A program made the position numbers and the translations under genes. Shown piece by piece: positions 1 through 12,739 of a stretch of 64,000 bases of DNA. The notes beneath the pieces are model-generated. The model worked only from the letters and a program-made list of their open reading frames with translations. It was not told the DNA's origin and did not search any database. The DNA is from Planctomycetota bacterium (lineage in GTDB: Bacteria; Planctomycetota; B15-G4). Location: assembly GCA_038212275.1 (NCBI GenBank), contig JBBQUR010000010.1, positions 64,001 to 128,000 of the forward strand, in the 5' to 3' direction. Positions within the stretch are counted from its first letter, which is position 1; each line of letters begins with the position of its first letter.

Positions 1-110
1 AAGCATCCCACGTTGAAATAGACAGCCGATCCGGGGATGATAGCGACTCGCCCGGTGCCCCCCATATCCGTACTTCGGGGACACCTTGAGTGCCCCCACG
101 GGATCCTTCC

Positions 111-2705
<2,595 letters not shown>

Positions 2706-2742
2706 TCGCCCCGAACAGGCGCCAGCCGCTCGCCACCCCGCG

Positions 2743-4086
2743 ATGGCCTCCATCCAGGAGGCCCTGGCGGAGTTGTCGGCCGGGCGCATGCTCATCCTGG
2801 TGGACGACGAGGAGCGCGAGAACGAGGGTGACCTCGTCTGCTTCGCGGAATTCATCACGCCCGAAATCGTGAACTTCATGGCGCGGCACGCGCGGGGCCT
2901 CATCTGCCTGCCGATGGACAAGGCCATCGCGGACCGCCTCGACCTGCCGCTGCAGGTGGAGCGCAACACGTCCCGCCTCGGCACCGCATTCACGGTCTCG
3001 ATCGAAGCGCGCACGGGCGTGACCACCGGCATCTCCGCAGCGGACCGCGCGCGCACGATCCTCACCGCCGCGGGCCCCGACTGCAAAGCCGAGGACCTCG
3101 TGCGTCCCGGCCACATCTTTCCGCTGCGCGCGATGCCAGGCGGCGTGCTGCGTCGTGCTGGCCAGACCGAGGGCGCGGTCGACCTTGCACGTCTCGCGGG
3201 CCGCCGTCCGATCGCCGTGATCTGCGAGATCATGAACGAGGACGGCACCATGGCGCGCATGCCGGACCTCGTGCGCTTCGCCGGGGAGCACGGACTCAGG
3301 ATTGCCACCGTCGCGGACCTCATCGCGCACCGGCGCAAGACCGAGCGCCTCATCGAGCTCGTCGTGTCGATCGACCTGCCGACGGCCGACGGCGAGTACC
3401 GCGCACACCTCTACCGCAGCACGGTGGACGGCAGCGAGCATCTCGCCCTCAGCCTCGGCGACCCGCACCCGGGCCTGCAGGACGGCATCGGGCGTCCGGT
3501 GCTCGTGCGCGTGCACAGCGAATGCCTCACCGGTGATGTGCTCGGCTCGCTGCGCTGCGATTGCGGCAGCCAGCTCAAGGCCGCGATGCGCAAGGTCGCC
3601 GCCGAGGGCGAGGGCATCGTGCTCTACATGCGCCAGCAGGAGGGCCGCGGCATCGGCCTCGCGAACAAGATGCGCGCCTATCACCTGCAGCAGACGCAGG
3701 GCCTGGATACCGTCGAGGCGAATCGCGCGCTGGGGCTTCCGGTGGACATTCGCGACTACGGAGTCGGGGCGCAGATCCTGCGCGACCTCGGCGTACGCGA
3801 GATGCGCCTGCTCACGAACAACCCGAGCAAATACCACGCGATGAACGGTTATGGCCTGAAGATCACGGAGCGCGTGCCGCTGCAGGTGAAGCCCGACCGC
3901 CACAACGAGCGCTACCTGCGCACGAAGCGCGACAAGCTCGGCCACGACCTCGACCTCGGGCCTGAAGCGGGCCTCGCCCCGCAGGCCGCGCGCCAGCCGG
4001 GCGGCACGGCGGCCGCACCCGATCCCGCCCCGGACGCCTCGTCCGGCCGGCCGGGGTCGTCGAGCCCGGACCGCAAGCCGTCCTGA
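2743..4086 (+). CDS. ribBA: bifunctional 3,4-dihydroxy-2-butanone-4-phosphate synthase / GTP cyclohydrolase II
   Basis: [41 protein letters not shown] motifs; start at ATG 2743 (MASIQEAL). Confidence 0.96.
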   Translation: MASIQEALAELSAGRMLILVDDEERENEGDLVCFAEFITPEIVNFMARHARGLICLPMDKAIADRLDLPLQVERNTSRLGTAFTVSIEARTGVTTGISAADRARTILTAAGPDCKAEDLVRPGHIFPLRAMPGGVLRRAGQTEGAVDLARLAGRRPIAVICEIMNEDGTMARMPDLVRFAGEHGLRIATVADLIAHRRKTERLIELVVSIDLPTADGEYRAHLYRSTVDGSEHLALSLGDPHPGLQDGIGRPVLVRVHSECLTGDVLGSLRCDCGSQLKAAMRKVAAEGEGIVLYMRQQEGRGIGLANKMRAYHLQQTQGLDTVEANRALGLPVDIRDYGVGAQILRDLGVREMRLLTNNPSKYHAMNGYGLKITERVPLQVKPDRHNERYLRTKRDKLGHDLDLGPEAGLAPQAARQPGGTAAAPDPAPDASSGRPGSSSPDRKPS

Positions 4087-4168
4087 GCGCCGGCCGCGCC
4101 AGCGACCCGCGCGCCGGGAATAGGCCCCGGCGGGCTCCCGTCCAAGCCGCACCGACGCGGAGATCAGC

Positions 4169-4726
4169 ATGAGGGACGAGGATGCGGCCCTCGTGGCCCG
4201 ATTGTGCGCCGGCGACGAGGACGCCTGCCGTGAGTTCGTGGATGCCTATCGAGACCGGATCATCACCGTGGTGGCGCGCGTCGCGGGCACCGGCTCGGAT
4301 GCCGAGGACCTGGCGCAGGAGGTCTTCATCAAGGCCCTCCGCAACATCCACCGATTCGAAGGCGGCTCGGCGCTCTTCACGTGGCTGTACCGCATCGCGG
4401 TCAACACCGCGCGCGACTTCCTCGCGAGCCGTCGTCGTCGTCCGTCCGTGCCGCTCGATGGCGAGAACGGCCCGAACGCCGAACCGACGGCCCCGGGCGA
4501 CGGCCCTGCCGAGGCGCTGCTGCGCGACGAGCGCCGCGCCATCGTGCGCGCTGCGCTGGAGCGGCTGCCCGAGCCGTTCCGCACCACGCTCATCCTGCGC
4601 GACATGGAAGGCAACAGCTACGAGCAGGTCGCGGACCTCCTGGGTGTCTCGATCGGCACCGTGGAATCGCGCATCTTCCGCGCGCGCTGCAAGCTCCGGG
4701 CGCTGCTGGGAGGGATCGCGCCATGA
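4169..4726 (+). CDS. ECF-subfamily RNA polymerase sigma factor
   Basis: AEDLAQEVFIKA, FTWLYRIAVN (region 2), SYEQVADLLGVSIGTVESRIFRAR (region 4). Confidence 0.93.
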   Translation: MRDEDAALVARLCAGDEDACREFVDAYRDRIITVVARVAGTGSDAEDLAQEVFIKALRNIHRFEGGSALFTWLYRIAVNTARDFLASRRRRPSVPLDGENGPNAEPTAPGDGPAEALLRDERRAIVRAALERLPEPFRTTLILRDMEGNSYEQVADLLGVSIGTVESRIFRARCKLRALLGGIAP

Positions 4727-5283
4727 ACACGCCTGAGGACTCTCGCGACCTGTCCCCGGATCGCGCTTCCGGTGCTGCGCCGGACCTTGCCGAGCTTGCC
4801 GAGAATGAGCGCTGCCTCTCGGTGCTCATGCTCCTGCACGATGGCCGGCCGGTGCAGCCTGCACTTGCCGCGTGGGCGCAGGCGCACGTTGCGACGCACG
4901 CGAGCTGCGCGGCGGCCTACGCGGAGTTGATCGAGCAGTCTGCCGCACTGGCCGCGACGAGTTCCCGCCGCGCACGCCCGGACTTCACGGATCGCGTCCT
5001 TTCGCGACGGGCACCGGACGACGACGCGGGGGGCGCACGCGCCGACCTGTTGCCGTTCGTGCGTCGTCTCGCGGTGGCGGCAGGACTCGCGCTTGCCCTC
5101 ACGCTCTTTGCCGAGCTGGTCCAGCCGTCGGACGTGACGGCGGATTCCTCCCTGCAGACCAATCGGCACGCGGCCGATCACTTCCGGCGCGGCCCTTTCG
5201 GTCCGCAGGACATCGAGGCCGGCCTGCGCGGGCGGCTCAAGGATCCGGACTTCGGCCGTCAGCCTCGAGGAGCCGGACGATGA
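4723..5283 (+). CDS. putative membrane-anchored anti-sigma factor
   Basis: ATGA overlap with ECF sigma stop; degenerate zinc-finger-like HVATHASC; one hydrophobic segment (LAVAAGLALALTLFA). Confidence 0.65.
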   Translation: MNTPEDSRDLSPDRASGAAPDLAELAENERCLSVLMLLHDGRPVQPALAAWAQAHVATHASCAAAYAELIEQSAALAATSSRRARPDFTDRVLSRRAPDDDAGGARADLLPFVRRLAVAAGLALALTLFAELVQPSDVTADSSLQTNRHAADHFRRGPFGPQDIEAGLRGRLKDPDFGRQPRGAGR

Positions 5284-5663
5284 GCCCGCGCGACGTGCCG
5301 GCCGGCGGTCGTGGCGTGCAGGTGTCCGTGGTGCTGCTGGCGTTGCTCTGCCTGGCCACGGGCGTGCTCGTCGGCTGGCAGCTCCACCGCGAGCCCGCGC
5401 GACCGGCAAGTTACCTCGCGCAACTCACGGAGTCGCTGGATCTGCGCCCCGACCAGGTGGCCGCCCTCGACACCGTGCTGGCCGAGGAAGATCTCCAGAT
5501 CGACGAACTGCTGCGCGGCAAGCTGCAGCAACTGAGCGAGCCCGTGTCCGCTCGACGCCAGCAGACGGAGGCCGCGCTGATCGCGCTGCTCGACGAGTCT
5601 CAGCGCGCTCGCTACGAGCAATTGCTGCACCCGGACGGCAGCGGCGAGGAGAGCGGGCGTTGA
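5280..5663 (+). CDS. small exported helical protein (Spy/CpxP/periplasmic sensor-like), third gene of ECF cluster
   Basis: ATGA overlap; N-terminal TM segment; LDLRPDQ and LLDESQRARY LTxxQ-like motifs. Confidence 0.55.
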   Translation: MSPRDVPAGGRGVQVSVVLLALLCLATGVLVGWQLHREPARPASYLAQLTESLDLRPDQVAALDTVLAEEDLQIDELLRGKLQQLSEPVSARRQQTEAALIALLDESQRARYEQLLHPDGSGEESGR

Positions 5664-5725
5664 TACCCCTTGAGGGCTGCCGTATCGTCGCGCCGGTTTT
5701 CCAGGGCCCGCGGATCTCCTGAGTC

Positions 5726-7432
5726 ATGGCCACGCAGACCGCCATCGAGTACGCGGGCCGCCGCGTGCGCCTGCTCGAGTTCGACGGCACGGTGCGCAAG
5801 CTCCGCGTCGTCGGCGTGCGGGAGGTGGACCTGGACGTGCCGCCGCAGGAGGAGGGCGGGCCTGACCCGGACGACCTGCGCGCGAAGGCCATTGCCGAGG
5901 TGATGAAGGAGGCCGGCTTCGCGACGGACCCGTCGGCCATGGCCTTCGATGCCGGCCACGCGATGTTCCGCGAGTTCGACCTGCCCTTCACCAACGAGGA
6001 GCAGATCGCGAAGGTCGTGCGCTTCGAGTCCGAGAGCCACTTCCCGGGCGACATCGACGAGGTGGTCATCCAGCACGTCGTGCTGCGCAAGCTGCGCGAC
6101 AAGAGCCACCTGCTCGTGGCCGCCGTCCGCAAGGACGACCTGCTCGACCGCCTCGACATCCTCGAGGAGTCCGGACTCGACCCGCAGTTCGTGGACATCG
6201 ACGTCTTCGCGATGTACCACGCGCTCGTCGGCACGGGGGTGGCCGACGAGCATCCGCGCATGATCGTCGTGAACGCGGAAACCAGCACGACCACGCTCAT
6301 GTTCCTCGTGGACGGCACGCTGTTCGCGGTGCGTTCCATCCGCATCGGCACGCATGGCGTCTCGTCCTCCGCCGTCGAGTCGCTGACGGCGGAGCCCGGC
6401 ATGGAGGACGCCGGCGGCGGGGCGGCCGCGGCCCTCGCCCGCGGCGCGGCGCGCGAGTCCGAACTGGAAACCGTCCGCACGCACGACTACCTCGCGCGCC
6501 TCACGCGCGAAATCCGCCGCACCCTGTCCACGCTGCCGGACTTCGGCCAGGCGGACGCGCTCTACATCACGGGTGCGGGCAGCCTGCTTCCCGGCATCCG
6601 TGAGTCCATGTCGGCCTCCTTCGGCCTGCAGGCCACGTCGCTCAACCTGCTCGAGCACGTGGAGCACAAGCTCTCGGACGAAGACGTCGAGCGCTACGGC
6701 CCGGAGATCGGCGCGACGCTCGGCATGGCCTTCAAGCTCTGCGGCCTCGATCGGACGCACACGGACTTCCGCCGCGAAGAGGCCGCCTACACGCGCAAGT
6801 TCGACCAGATCAAGACGCCGCTCATCGTGCTGGCGCTCATGGCCTTTCTCGTCACGGCCTTCCTCGGCCTGCACGCGTACATGGACGTGAAGCACCTGAA
6901 GGCCGAGTACGGCGACGCCGCCACCAAGAGCGGCATCCTCGGAACGGGCGATCTCCAGCTCGTCCAGCTCTTCGACAGCGAAGACAAGCTGGAGCAGGCG
7001 CGCGCGCGCATCGCGGCGGTGGAGTTCGGCCCCAAGCGCGTGGATGCCATGCTCAGGGAAGTCCAGAAGCTGAGCGAGGACATCAAGAAGGGCCTCGGCC
7101 GAAGCGACACGATCCCCGAACTGCGCTCTGCGCTGGCCGCATGGATCGAGCTCTTCGAGGTCATCCGTCAGAACGAGGACACGCTCGGGCGCATCGCGCT
7201 CACCCGCATCGACATCGAAGCCAGCGGCAAGGAGCCGACGATCAAGCTCAGCGGCGAGATGGAGGACCTGACTCACCTCTCCGCCTTCATGGACATGATC
7301 AAGGCGCGTCCGATGTTCAAGGAAGCCAACGTGGGCGCGACGAAGCCGACGACCAAGGGCACCACGAGCTTCACGGATGTCACGCTGCTGCTCAACCTGT
7401 CCGGCGCCGACGCCCAGGAGGCGACCAACTGA
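5726..7432 (+). CDS. PilM-like actin-fold domain fused to PilN/GspL-like periplasmic domain
   Basis: FREFDLPF..IAKVVRFE, LTREIRRTL, LYITGAGSLLPG (PilM hallmarks), then DFRREEAAY + TM segment + periplasmic domain. Confidence 0.75.
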   Translation: MATQTAIEYAGRRVRLLEFDGTVRKLRVVGVREVDLDVPPQEEGGPDPDDLRAKAIAEVMKEAGFATDPSAMAFDAGHAMFREFDLPFTNEEQIAKVVRFESESHFPGDIDEVVIQHVVLRKLRDKSHLLVAAVRKDDLLDRLDILEESGLDPQFVDIDVFAMYHALVGTGVADEHPRMIVVNAETSTTTLMFLVDGTLFAVRSIRIGTHGVSSSAVESLTAEPGMEDAGGGAAAALARGAARESELETVRTHDYLARLTREIRRTLSTLPDFGQADALYITGAGSLLPGIRESMSASFGLQATSLNLLEHVEHKLSDEDVERYGPEIGATLGMAFKLCGLDRTHTDFRREEAAYTRKFDQIKTPLIVLALMAFLVTAFLGLHAYMDVKHLKAEYGDAATKSGILGTGDLQLVQLFDSEDKLEQARARIAAVEFGPKRVDAMLREVQKLSEDIKKGLGRSDTIPELRSALAAWIELFEVIRQNEDTLGRIALTRIDIEASGKEPTIKLSGEMEDLTHLSAFMDMIKARPMFKEANVGATKPTTKGTTSFTDVTLLLNLSGADAQEATN

Positions 7433-7968
7433 TGTTCAAGGGATGGGACTTCGAGCGGGCGCTGCTGGTGCTTCTGCTGGTGATGATCGTCGGCTGCCTC
7501 GGCTTCATCTCCTGGGAGCGGTCGGTGGCGGACGACCTGCGCTCGCACCTGGGCGCGGCCGACCGGCAGCTCACGCAGATCGGCGAGCTCTCCGCGGAAA
7601 TCATCCGGCTGCAGGACGAGATGCGGCTCGACGCGATCGCGAGCGACAAGATGGGCCCGTATCCGTATCTCGAGGAGCAGATGACGGCCAGCCGCATCGG
7701 CAAGAAGTTCACCATCACCAACACGGTGGATCCGCACCCCTCCGAGGGCTTCGAGGACACGCGCTACCTGCTCTCGCCGGCGCAGCCCGACTACGACTTC
7801 ACGCGCCAGGAGATCGGGACCTTCCTCCTGCATGTCGAAGCCAATACGACACGCATGAAGGCCACGCGCATCAAGCTGGACCTCTCCACGCGCAAGAACG
7901 CCGGTCCCGACATGTGGAAGCCGACCTTCACGATCACCGATCGCAAGCCGCTGCTCATCAAGAGTTGA
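7432..7968 (+). CDS. PilO/GspM-like inner-membrane assembly protein
   Basis: TGATG coupling to the PilMN fusion; N-terminal TM, coiled coil, ferredoxin-like C-terminus (TFLLHVEAN..RIKL). Confidence 0.55.
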   Translation: MFKGWDFERALLVLLLVMIVGCLGFISWERSVADDLRSHLGAADRQLTQIGELSAEIIRLQDEMRLDAIASDKMGPYPYLEEQMTASRIGKKFTITNTVDPHPSEGFEDTRYLLSPAQPDYDFTRQEIGTFLLHVEANTTRMKATRIKLDLSTRKNAGPDMWKPTFTITDRKPLLIKS

Positions 7969-8082
7969 TCGCGCCGCAAGGGCTGATCGCGCCGCCGGTG
8001 GCGGTGTCAGCGTGCACATCCCGATCCGGCGGCCGGATCCGACGGGCACCGCGCCTGAACTCGCCGGCCGAGCGCTGATTTC

Positions 8083-8112
8083 CTCAACGCCAGGCGGGCG
8101 GTCGACCGAAGA
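8083..8112 (+). promoter_or_regulatory. candidate sigma28-like promoter (TCAAC-N16-ACCGAAGA)
   Basis: same layout and spacing as motifs at 12640-12669 and 16926-16955. Confidence 0.35.
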
Positions 8113-8203
8113 GGGCTGACGTCCGCAAGGCCGTGGCTCGTCGGTGCAACGTGTGCTCCGACGGTTTCCGGCGTCACCGCGGGCGGTCATCCGCGAGCAA
8201 CGC

Positions 8204-11200
8204 ATGAACAGTCCGACCGGCCGCACCTCCGCCGAGAGTCAGCCCGGGCCGGCTCGACCGGCCGACGGCGGCGTCGCGTCGGCCACGTCTGCGACGTCCG
8301 CCGCGTCCCGGGGCCACCGGGACGTCGTGCGCGGCAACTACTCTTCCGCGGTGCTGCTCGGTGCGGCCGTCGCCTTCCTCGGCGGCGCCTTTCTCTTCAA
8401 CTGGTACCTGAACGAACTGCGCCAGATGATGCCGAGCGGCGGCTTCGTGCCGATGCAGTACAACACCGCGCTCGGTTTCGTGATCACGGGCCTCGCGGTG
8501 GTCGCGCACTGCTTGGGGCGTCCGCGCGTCGCGTTCGTTGCGGGCGCGGCGGCCGCGGGCCTCGGAAGCCTGTCGCTCGCGGAAGGCCTGCTCGGGCACA
8601 GCGTGCACATCGTGGGCGCGCTGTTCGGCGGCAGCATCGCGGGGAACAGCGGGCCGACGATGTCGGTCAACACATCACTCTGCTTCGCGCTGACCGGCGC
8701 GCTGCTCGTCACCTGGCGCGCGCCGGGCGCGCGCAAGCGCTGGCGCACGGCGGTCCTGGGCTCGCTTGCGGCGGGCGTCGTCTCGGTGGGCTTCCTGGGC
8801 CTGCTCGGATACGTCACGCACGAAGGCGGCACGTACGGCTGGGCGCGGATGTCGGCCATGGAGGCGCACACGGCGCTCGGCTTCGTCGCGCTCGGCACCG
8901 CATTCTTCGTGATGCTCATGCGCATGAAGGACTCGCCCGTGGTCGGCACGCTGCCCGGCTGGTCCGCCTGGATGGTCGGGATCGGCGTGGCGGTGCTGAC
9001 GATGACGCTCTGGACGAGCCTCACCGCGAGCGACGCGCGCACGAGCCAGCTGGCCGAGACGCGGCTGCACTCGGCGGCGCTCTCGCACACCAACCAGACC
9101 GTGCAGTCACACCTGCGCGCCCTGAAGCGACTCGCCCTGCGCTGCAAGGGCGAGGGGCGCGTGCGCCCGTCGGACTTCGGCGCGGACGCGTCGACGCTGC
9201 TCGAGGAAACGCCGGGCCTGTCGAGCATCGCCTTCATCGATCCGGGCGGCAACGTCTTCGGCGCGCAGGGACTGCACGACGACCGCACGCTGGAGATGTC
9301 CATCGGTGAACGCCAGGAAGTGCGCGCGGCACTGCGCATGGCCAGGGACGAGCGGCTGACGACATCGTCCGATCCGGTCAGCCTGTTCGGGCCGACCACG
9401 GATCTCTTCGTGTTCGTGCCGGTCTACGTGGGCGACACCTACAGGGGCGCCCTGGTCTGCGAGCACGACCTCCAGCCCTTCCTGGACTGGATCTTCGGCG
9501 ACGGCGTCGGGCGCACCTTCGACGTGGACGTCTGCACGCTCAACGGGCAGCCCTTCTACAGCCGCAGAGGAGGCGCTTCGGCACGGCGAGAGGCGCGCGC
9601 GAGCGCCGCCGCCGGCGCGTCCGGCGTGGCGGCACAGGAGGCCGCCGACGGGCGCATCGGATTCGCAGACAAGGTCTGGATCATGAGCAGTCTCGCGGAC
9701 GTCACCGTGGTGGGCGGCAAGAACGTGAGCAACACGCTGATCCTCTGGTTCGGCATGTTCCTCGCCGTCGCGCTCGCCTTCGTGATCCGCAAGTCGGGCC
9801 TCGTGCGTCAGCGCGCCGTCTCGCTCGCGGTCGCGAATCGCACCATCGAAGAGCGCTCCACTTCGCTGCGCGTCGCCAACGAGTCGCTGCGCGCCACGGA
9901 ATCGGAGCTCACGCGCGCCGCCCGCGCGCAGCGCCGCGTGCTGGACAGCCTCTCCGCGATGCTGATCGGCGTCGACGACGAAGGCCGCGTGGTGGAGTGG
10001 AACAGCGTGGCGTCCGACCTGTTCGGCCTCGGTGATGCGCAGGTGCTGGGACAGGTCTTCGACGACCTGCCCCTGTGCTGGGATCGCGAGTGCGTCCGCG
10101 AAGCGGTGGCACGGTGCATCGCCACCGGCGAGCGACTGCGGCGCGAGAACATCACCGTGACTCCGCTGCCCGCTCAGGAAGCACTGCGGGGTACGGGCAC
10201 TGGCATGACCGCAGACAGCGTCGACAGCGCAGGCGCGGAGGAAGATGCCGCGATGGACGCCGATGCGACGGAGGCCGATGCAGCCGCGAAGGTGCCGGCC
10301 GAGTCGGCTCAGAGCCGCGTCGTGAGCATCACGGTGAATCCCACGCAGACCGGAGGCGGGCGTGGCTTCGCGATCATCGGATCCGACGTCACCGAGCGAC
10401 AGATGCTGGAGATGCAGCTGCACCAGGCGCAGAAGCTGGAGTCGGTGGGCACGCTGGCCGCCGGCATCGCGCACGAGATCAACACGCCGATGCAATTCGT
10501 CTCGGACAACCTGCGCTTCGTGAGCCAGTCGGTGATGCCGCTCACGTCGGTGCTGCAGCTCATCCCGGAACTCGTGGATTGCAGCCGCAACGGTGTCCTG
10601 CCGACCGAGCTCGCGGCGCGCCTCGAGCTGGCAACCCACGGCGTGGACGTGGCCTTCCTCGCCGACGAGCTGCCGGCCGCCCTGGACGAGATGCAGGAAG
10701 GCGTGAACCGCGTGACGACGATCGTCCGCGCGATGAAGGACTTCAGCCACCCGGGCAACCAGGGGCGCCAGAACGCGGACCTCAACAAGGCCATCTCGAC
10801 GACGGTCTCGGTGGCGCGCAACGAGTACAAGTATCACGCCGACGTCGAGACGGACTTCGGAGAGATCCCGCTGGCGGACTGCTACGTCGCGGATCTCAAC
10901 CAGGTCTTCCTCAACCTGCTCGTGAATGCGGCGCACGCGATCAAGGACGTGGTCGGCGACGGCGCCGGGCGCGGCACCATCCGCATCTCGACGCGTCTCG
11001 ACGGCGACATGATCGAGATCCGCGTCGCGGACACGGGCGCGGGCATCCCCGAACACGCGCGGTCCAAGATCTTCGACCAGTTCTTCACGACGAAGGGCGT
11101 GGGCAAGGGCACGGGGCTTGGCCTGGCGATCGCCCGCGCGGTCGTGATCGACAAGCACAAGGGATCGATCCGCTTCGAGACCGAGCTGGGCAAGGGCACG

Positions 11201-11404
11201 ACCTTCATCGTGCGCATCCCCGTCTCGTCGCAGCCCGAGGACAACGAGGGAGGTCCGCGCGCCGCGCCGGCCGCATCGACGTCCGCCGCGGCCGGAGAGC
11301 CGTCGGATCTGTCGATCCCGCACGACGCTGCCCCGCAATTCCCCGCCGCTAACCCGCACGCGGTCGTCGACCCGATCCCCGTTTCCGGAGAACCGCAGCC
11401 GTGA
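8204..11404 (+). CDS. multi-TM CHASE-like/PAS sensor histidine kinase
   Basis: H-box LAAGIAHEINTP, N-box NQVFLNLLVNAAHA, DTGAGI, FFTTK, GTGLGL; PAS (WNSVASDLFG); multiple N-terminal TM helices. Confidence 0.93.
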   Translation: MNSPTGRTSAESQPGPARPADGGVASATSATSAASRGHRDVVRGNYSSAVLLGAAVAFLGGAFLFNWYLNELRQMMPSGGFVPMQYNTALGFVITGLAVVAHCLGRPRVAFVAGAAAAGLGSLSLAEGLLGHSVHIVGALFGGSIAGNSGPTMSVNTSLCFALTGALLVTWRAPGARKRWRTAVLGSLAAGVVSVGFLGLLGYVTHEGGTYGWARMSAMEAHTALGFVALGTAFFVMLMRMKDSPVVGTLPGWSAWMVGIGVAVLTMTLWTSLTASDARTSQLAETRLHSAALSHTNQTVQSHLRALKRLALRCKGEGRVRPSDFGADASTLLEETPGLSSIAFIDPGGNVFGAQGLHDDRTLEMSIGERQEVRAALRMARDERLTTSSDPVSLFGPTTDLFVFVPVYVGDTYRGALVCEHDLQPFLDWIFGDGVGRTFDVDVCTLNGQPFYSRRGGASARREARASAAAGASGVAAQEAADGRIGFADKVWIMSSLADVTVVGGKNVSNTLILWFGMFLAVALAFVIRKSGLVRQRAVSLAVANRTIEERSTSLRVANESLRATESELTRAARAQRRVLDSLSAMLIGVDDEGRVVEWNSVASDLFGLGDAQVLGQVFDDLPLCWDRECVREAVARCIATGERLRRENITVTPLPAQEALRGTGTGMTADSVDSAGAEEDAAMDADATEADAAAKVPAESAQSRVVSITVNPTQTGGGRGFAIIGSDVTERQMLEMQLHQAQKLESVGTLAAGIAHEINTPMQFVSDNLRFVSQSVMPLTSVLQLIPELVDCSRNGVLPTELAARLELATHGVDVAFLADELPAALDEMQEGVNRVTTIVRAMKDFSHPGNQGRQNADLNKAISTTVSVARNEYKYHADVETDFGEIPLADCYVADLNQVFLNLLVNAAHAIKDVVGDGAGRGTIRISTRLDGDMIEIRVADTGAGIPEHARSKIFDQFFTTKGVGKGTGLGLAIARAVVIDKHKGSIRFETELGKGTTFIVRIPVSSQPEDNEGGPRAAPAASTSAAAGEPSDLSIPHDAAPQFPAANPHAVVDPIPVSGEPQP

Positions 11405-12648
11405 ACCGCATCCTCTTCGTGGACGACGAACAACGCGTGCTCTCCGGCCTGCGCCGTCAACTGCATGCCCGCCGGGCATCCTGGGAGATGCAGTTCGTGG
11501 ACGGGGGCCTCGCGGCGCTCGCCGAGCTGGCCCGCGCCGTCGCGGCCGGCATGCCCTACGACGTCATCGTGAGCGACATGCGCATGCCCGGCATGGACGG
11601 CGCGCAGCTCCTTGCGCGCGTCTCGTCGGAGTTCCCGCACACGGGGCGCCTCGTGCTCTCCGGCCACGCCGATCCCGATCGCATGCAGCTCGCGCGCAGT
11701 TGCGCGCACCGCTACCTGCAGAAGCCCTGCCCGCCGGAGACGCTCGAAGCCGAGGTGAAGCAGGCCGTCGAGGTGCGCGAGGCGCTGGACCGCCTCGGCT
11801 GGGAGGCCGCCTGCGCCGTCTGGTGTTCGCCGCCCAAGCACTTCGAACATTGCGCCAGCGTCTTTGCCGCGCTGGCCAGCGAAGCCGACACCGATGACGT
11901 CGTCGCGGGGCTGCTGGCCAGCTTCACGCACGACACGGCCTTCTGGGCGCGCCTCGGTCTGGTGCTTGCCGCCGCGTTTCCCGCGCAGGTCCGGCCGGGA
12001 GCCGGCGCCGCGGCGACGATCGCGGCGATGGGCACGCGCAACATCCTCTCGCTCGTCATGGCGCTGCGCTTCTCCGACGCGTTCGGCGGACCGCCGGACG
12101 CCTCGCGCCAGACGGCGGACCTCGTGGTCGCGCAGCACATCGCGGCGATCGGGGCCTGCGAGAACTCGGGGCTCGAGGCGCTGGTGCAGGCCGTGACGGC
12201 CTCGATGCTGAGGCTCCCGCTGACCGCGCCGACCGCGCCGACCGCGCCGACCGTGCCGACCGTGCCGACCGCGCCGACCGCGCCGACTGCGCCGACTGCG
12301 CCGGCCGAAGCAGGCGCTCCGTCCGGCGCCGCCGCGGCGGCGGATCGCTCGACTGTCCTGAGCTGGCTGCTCCCGACCTGGGGCTTCAAGGATGCGGTCG
12401 TCGCGGCGGCCGCCTGCCGCGAGGCGCCCGCGCTGTGCCCGCCGGCGACGTCCGGGCCGCTCGTGCTGCTCGTCGGCGCGGATCTGCTGCTGTCCTTCAG
12501 CGACCCGGCCGTGCCCCCGGATGAGGCCTTCGTGGGGGCCCGCATGGCGTGGCTCGGCGAACGGGGCTGGGCCGAGCCGCGCACCCGCTGGGCCGCCGCC
12601 GCGTCGGCCTGTGCGCGGAAAAACTCGTCGGAAAATAGCCTCACCTGA
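11401..12648 (+). CDS. response regulator (REC + degenerate HDOD-like domain)
   Basis: ILFVDDE, VIVSDMRMPGMDG, LSG, YLQKP; GTGA overlap with kinase; C-terminal helical region with LLPTWGF reminiscent of HDOD. Confidence 0.8.
   Translation: MNRILFVDDEQRVLSGLRRQLHARRASWEMQFVDGGLAALAELARAVAAGMPYDVIVSDMRMPGMDGAQLLARVSSEFPHTGRLVLSGHADPDRMQLARSCAHRYLQKPCPPETLEAEVKQAVEVREALDRLGWEAACAVWCSPPKHFEHCASVFAALASEADTDDVVAGLLASFTHDTAFWARLGLVLAAAFPAQVRPGAGAAATIAAMGTRNILSLVMALRFSDAFGGPPDASRQTADLVVAQHIAAIGACENSGLEALVQAVTASMLRLPLTAPTAPTAPTVPTVPTAPTAPTAPTAPAEAGAPSGAAAAADRSTVLSWLLPTWGFKDAVVAAAACREAPALCPPATSGPLVLLVGADLLLSFSDPAVPPDEAFVGARMAWLGERGWAEPRTRWAAAASACARKNSSENSLT
12223..12303 (+). repeat. in-frame 9-bp tandem repeat (TAP/TVP x9)
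   Basis: ACCGCGCCG-type units, nine copies. Confidence 0.9.
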
Positions 12649-12669
12649 ACGGGGGACGCGAGCCGATAC
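12640..12669 (+). promoter_or_regulatory. candidate sigma28-like promoter (TCACC-N16-GCCGATAC)
   Basis: GCCGATA matches the sigma28 -10 consensus; same spacing as two other copies. Confidence 0.4.
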
Positions 12670-12739
12670 GCGGAAGTGCACGTGGGGCGACCGGCTCCAT
12701 CCGTCGAACGCGCGCCGCGCGCACCAGGGAGTTGAAGAG

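Noticed and set aside
13..41. TTGAAA-N17-GATGAT as gyrA promoter
   Set aside because: The -10 match is weak and upstream context is cut off by the window edge.
7969..8203. Possible c-di-GMP or other riboswitch upstream of the kinase
   Set aside because: No recognisable GEMM or other aptamer consensus; only generic GC-rich stems.
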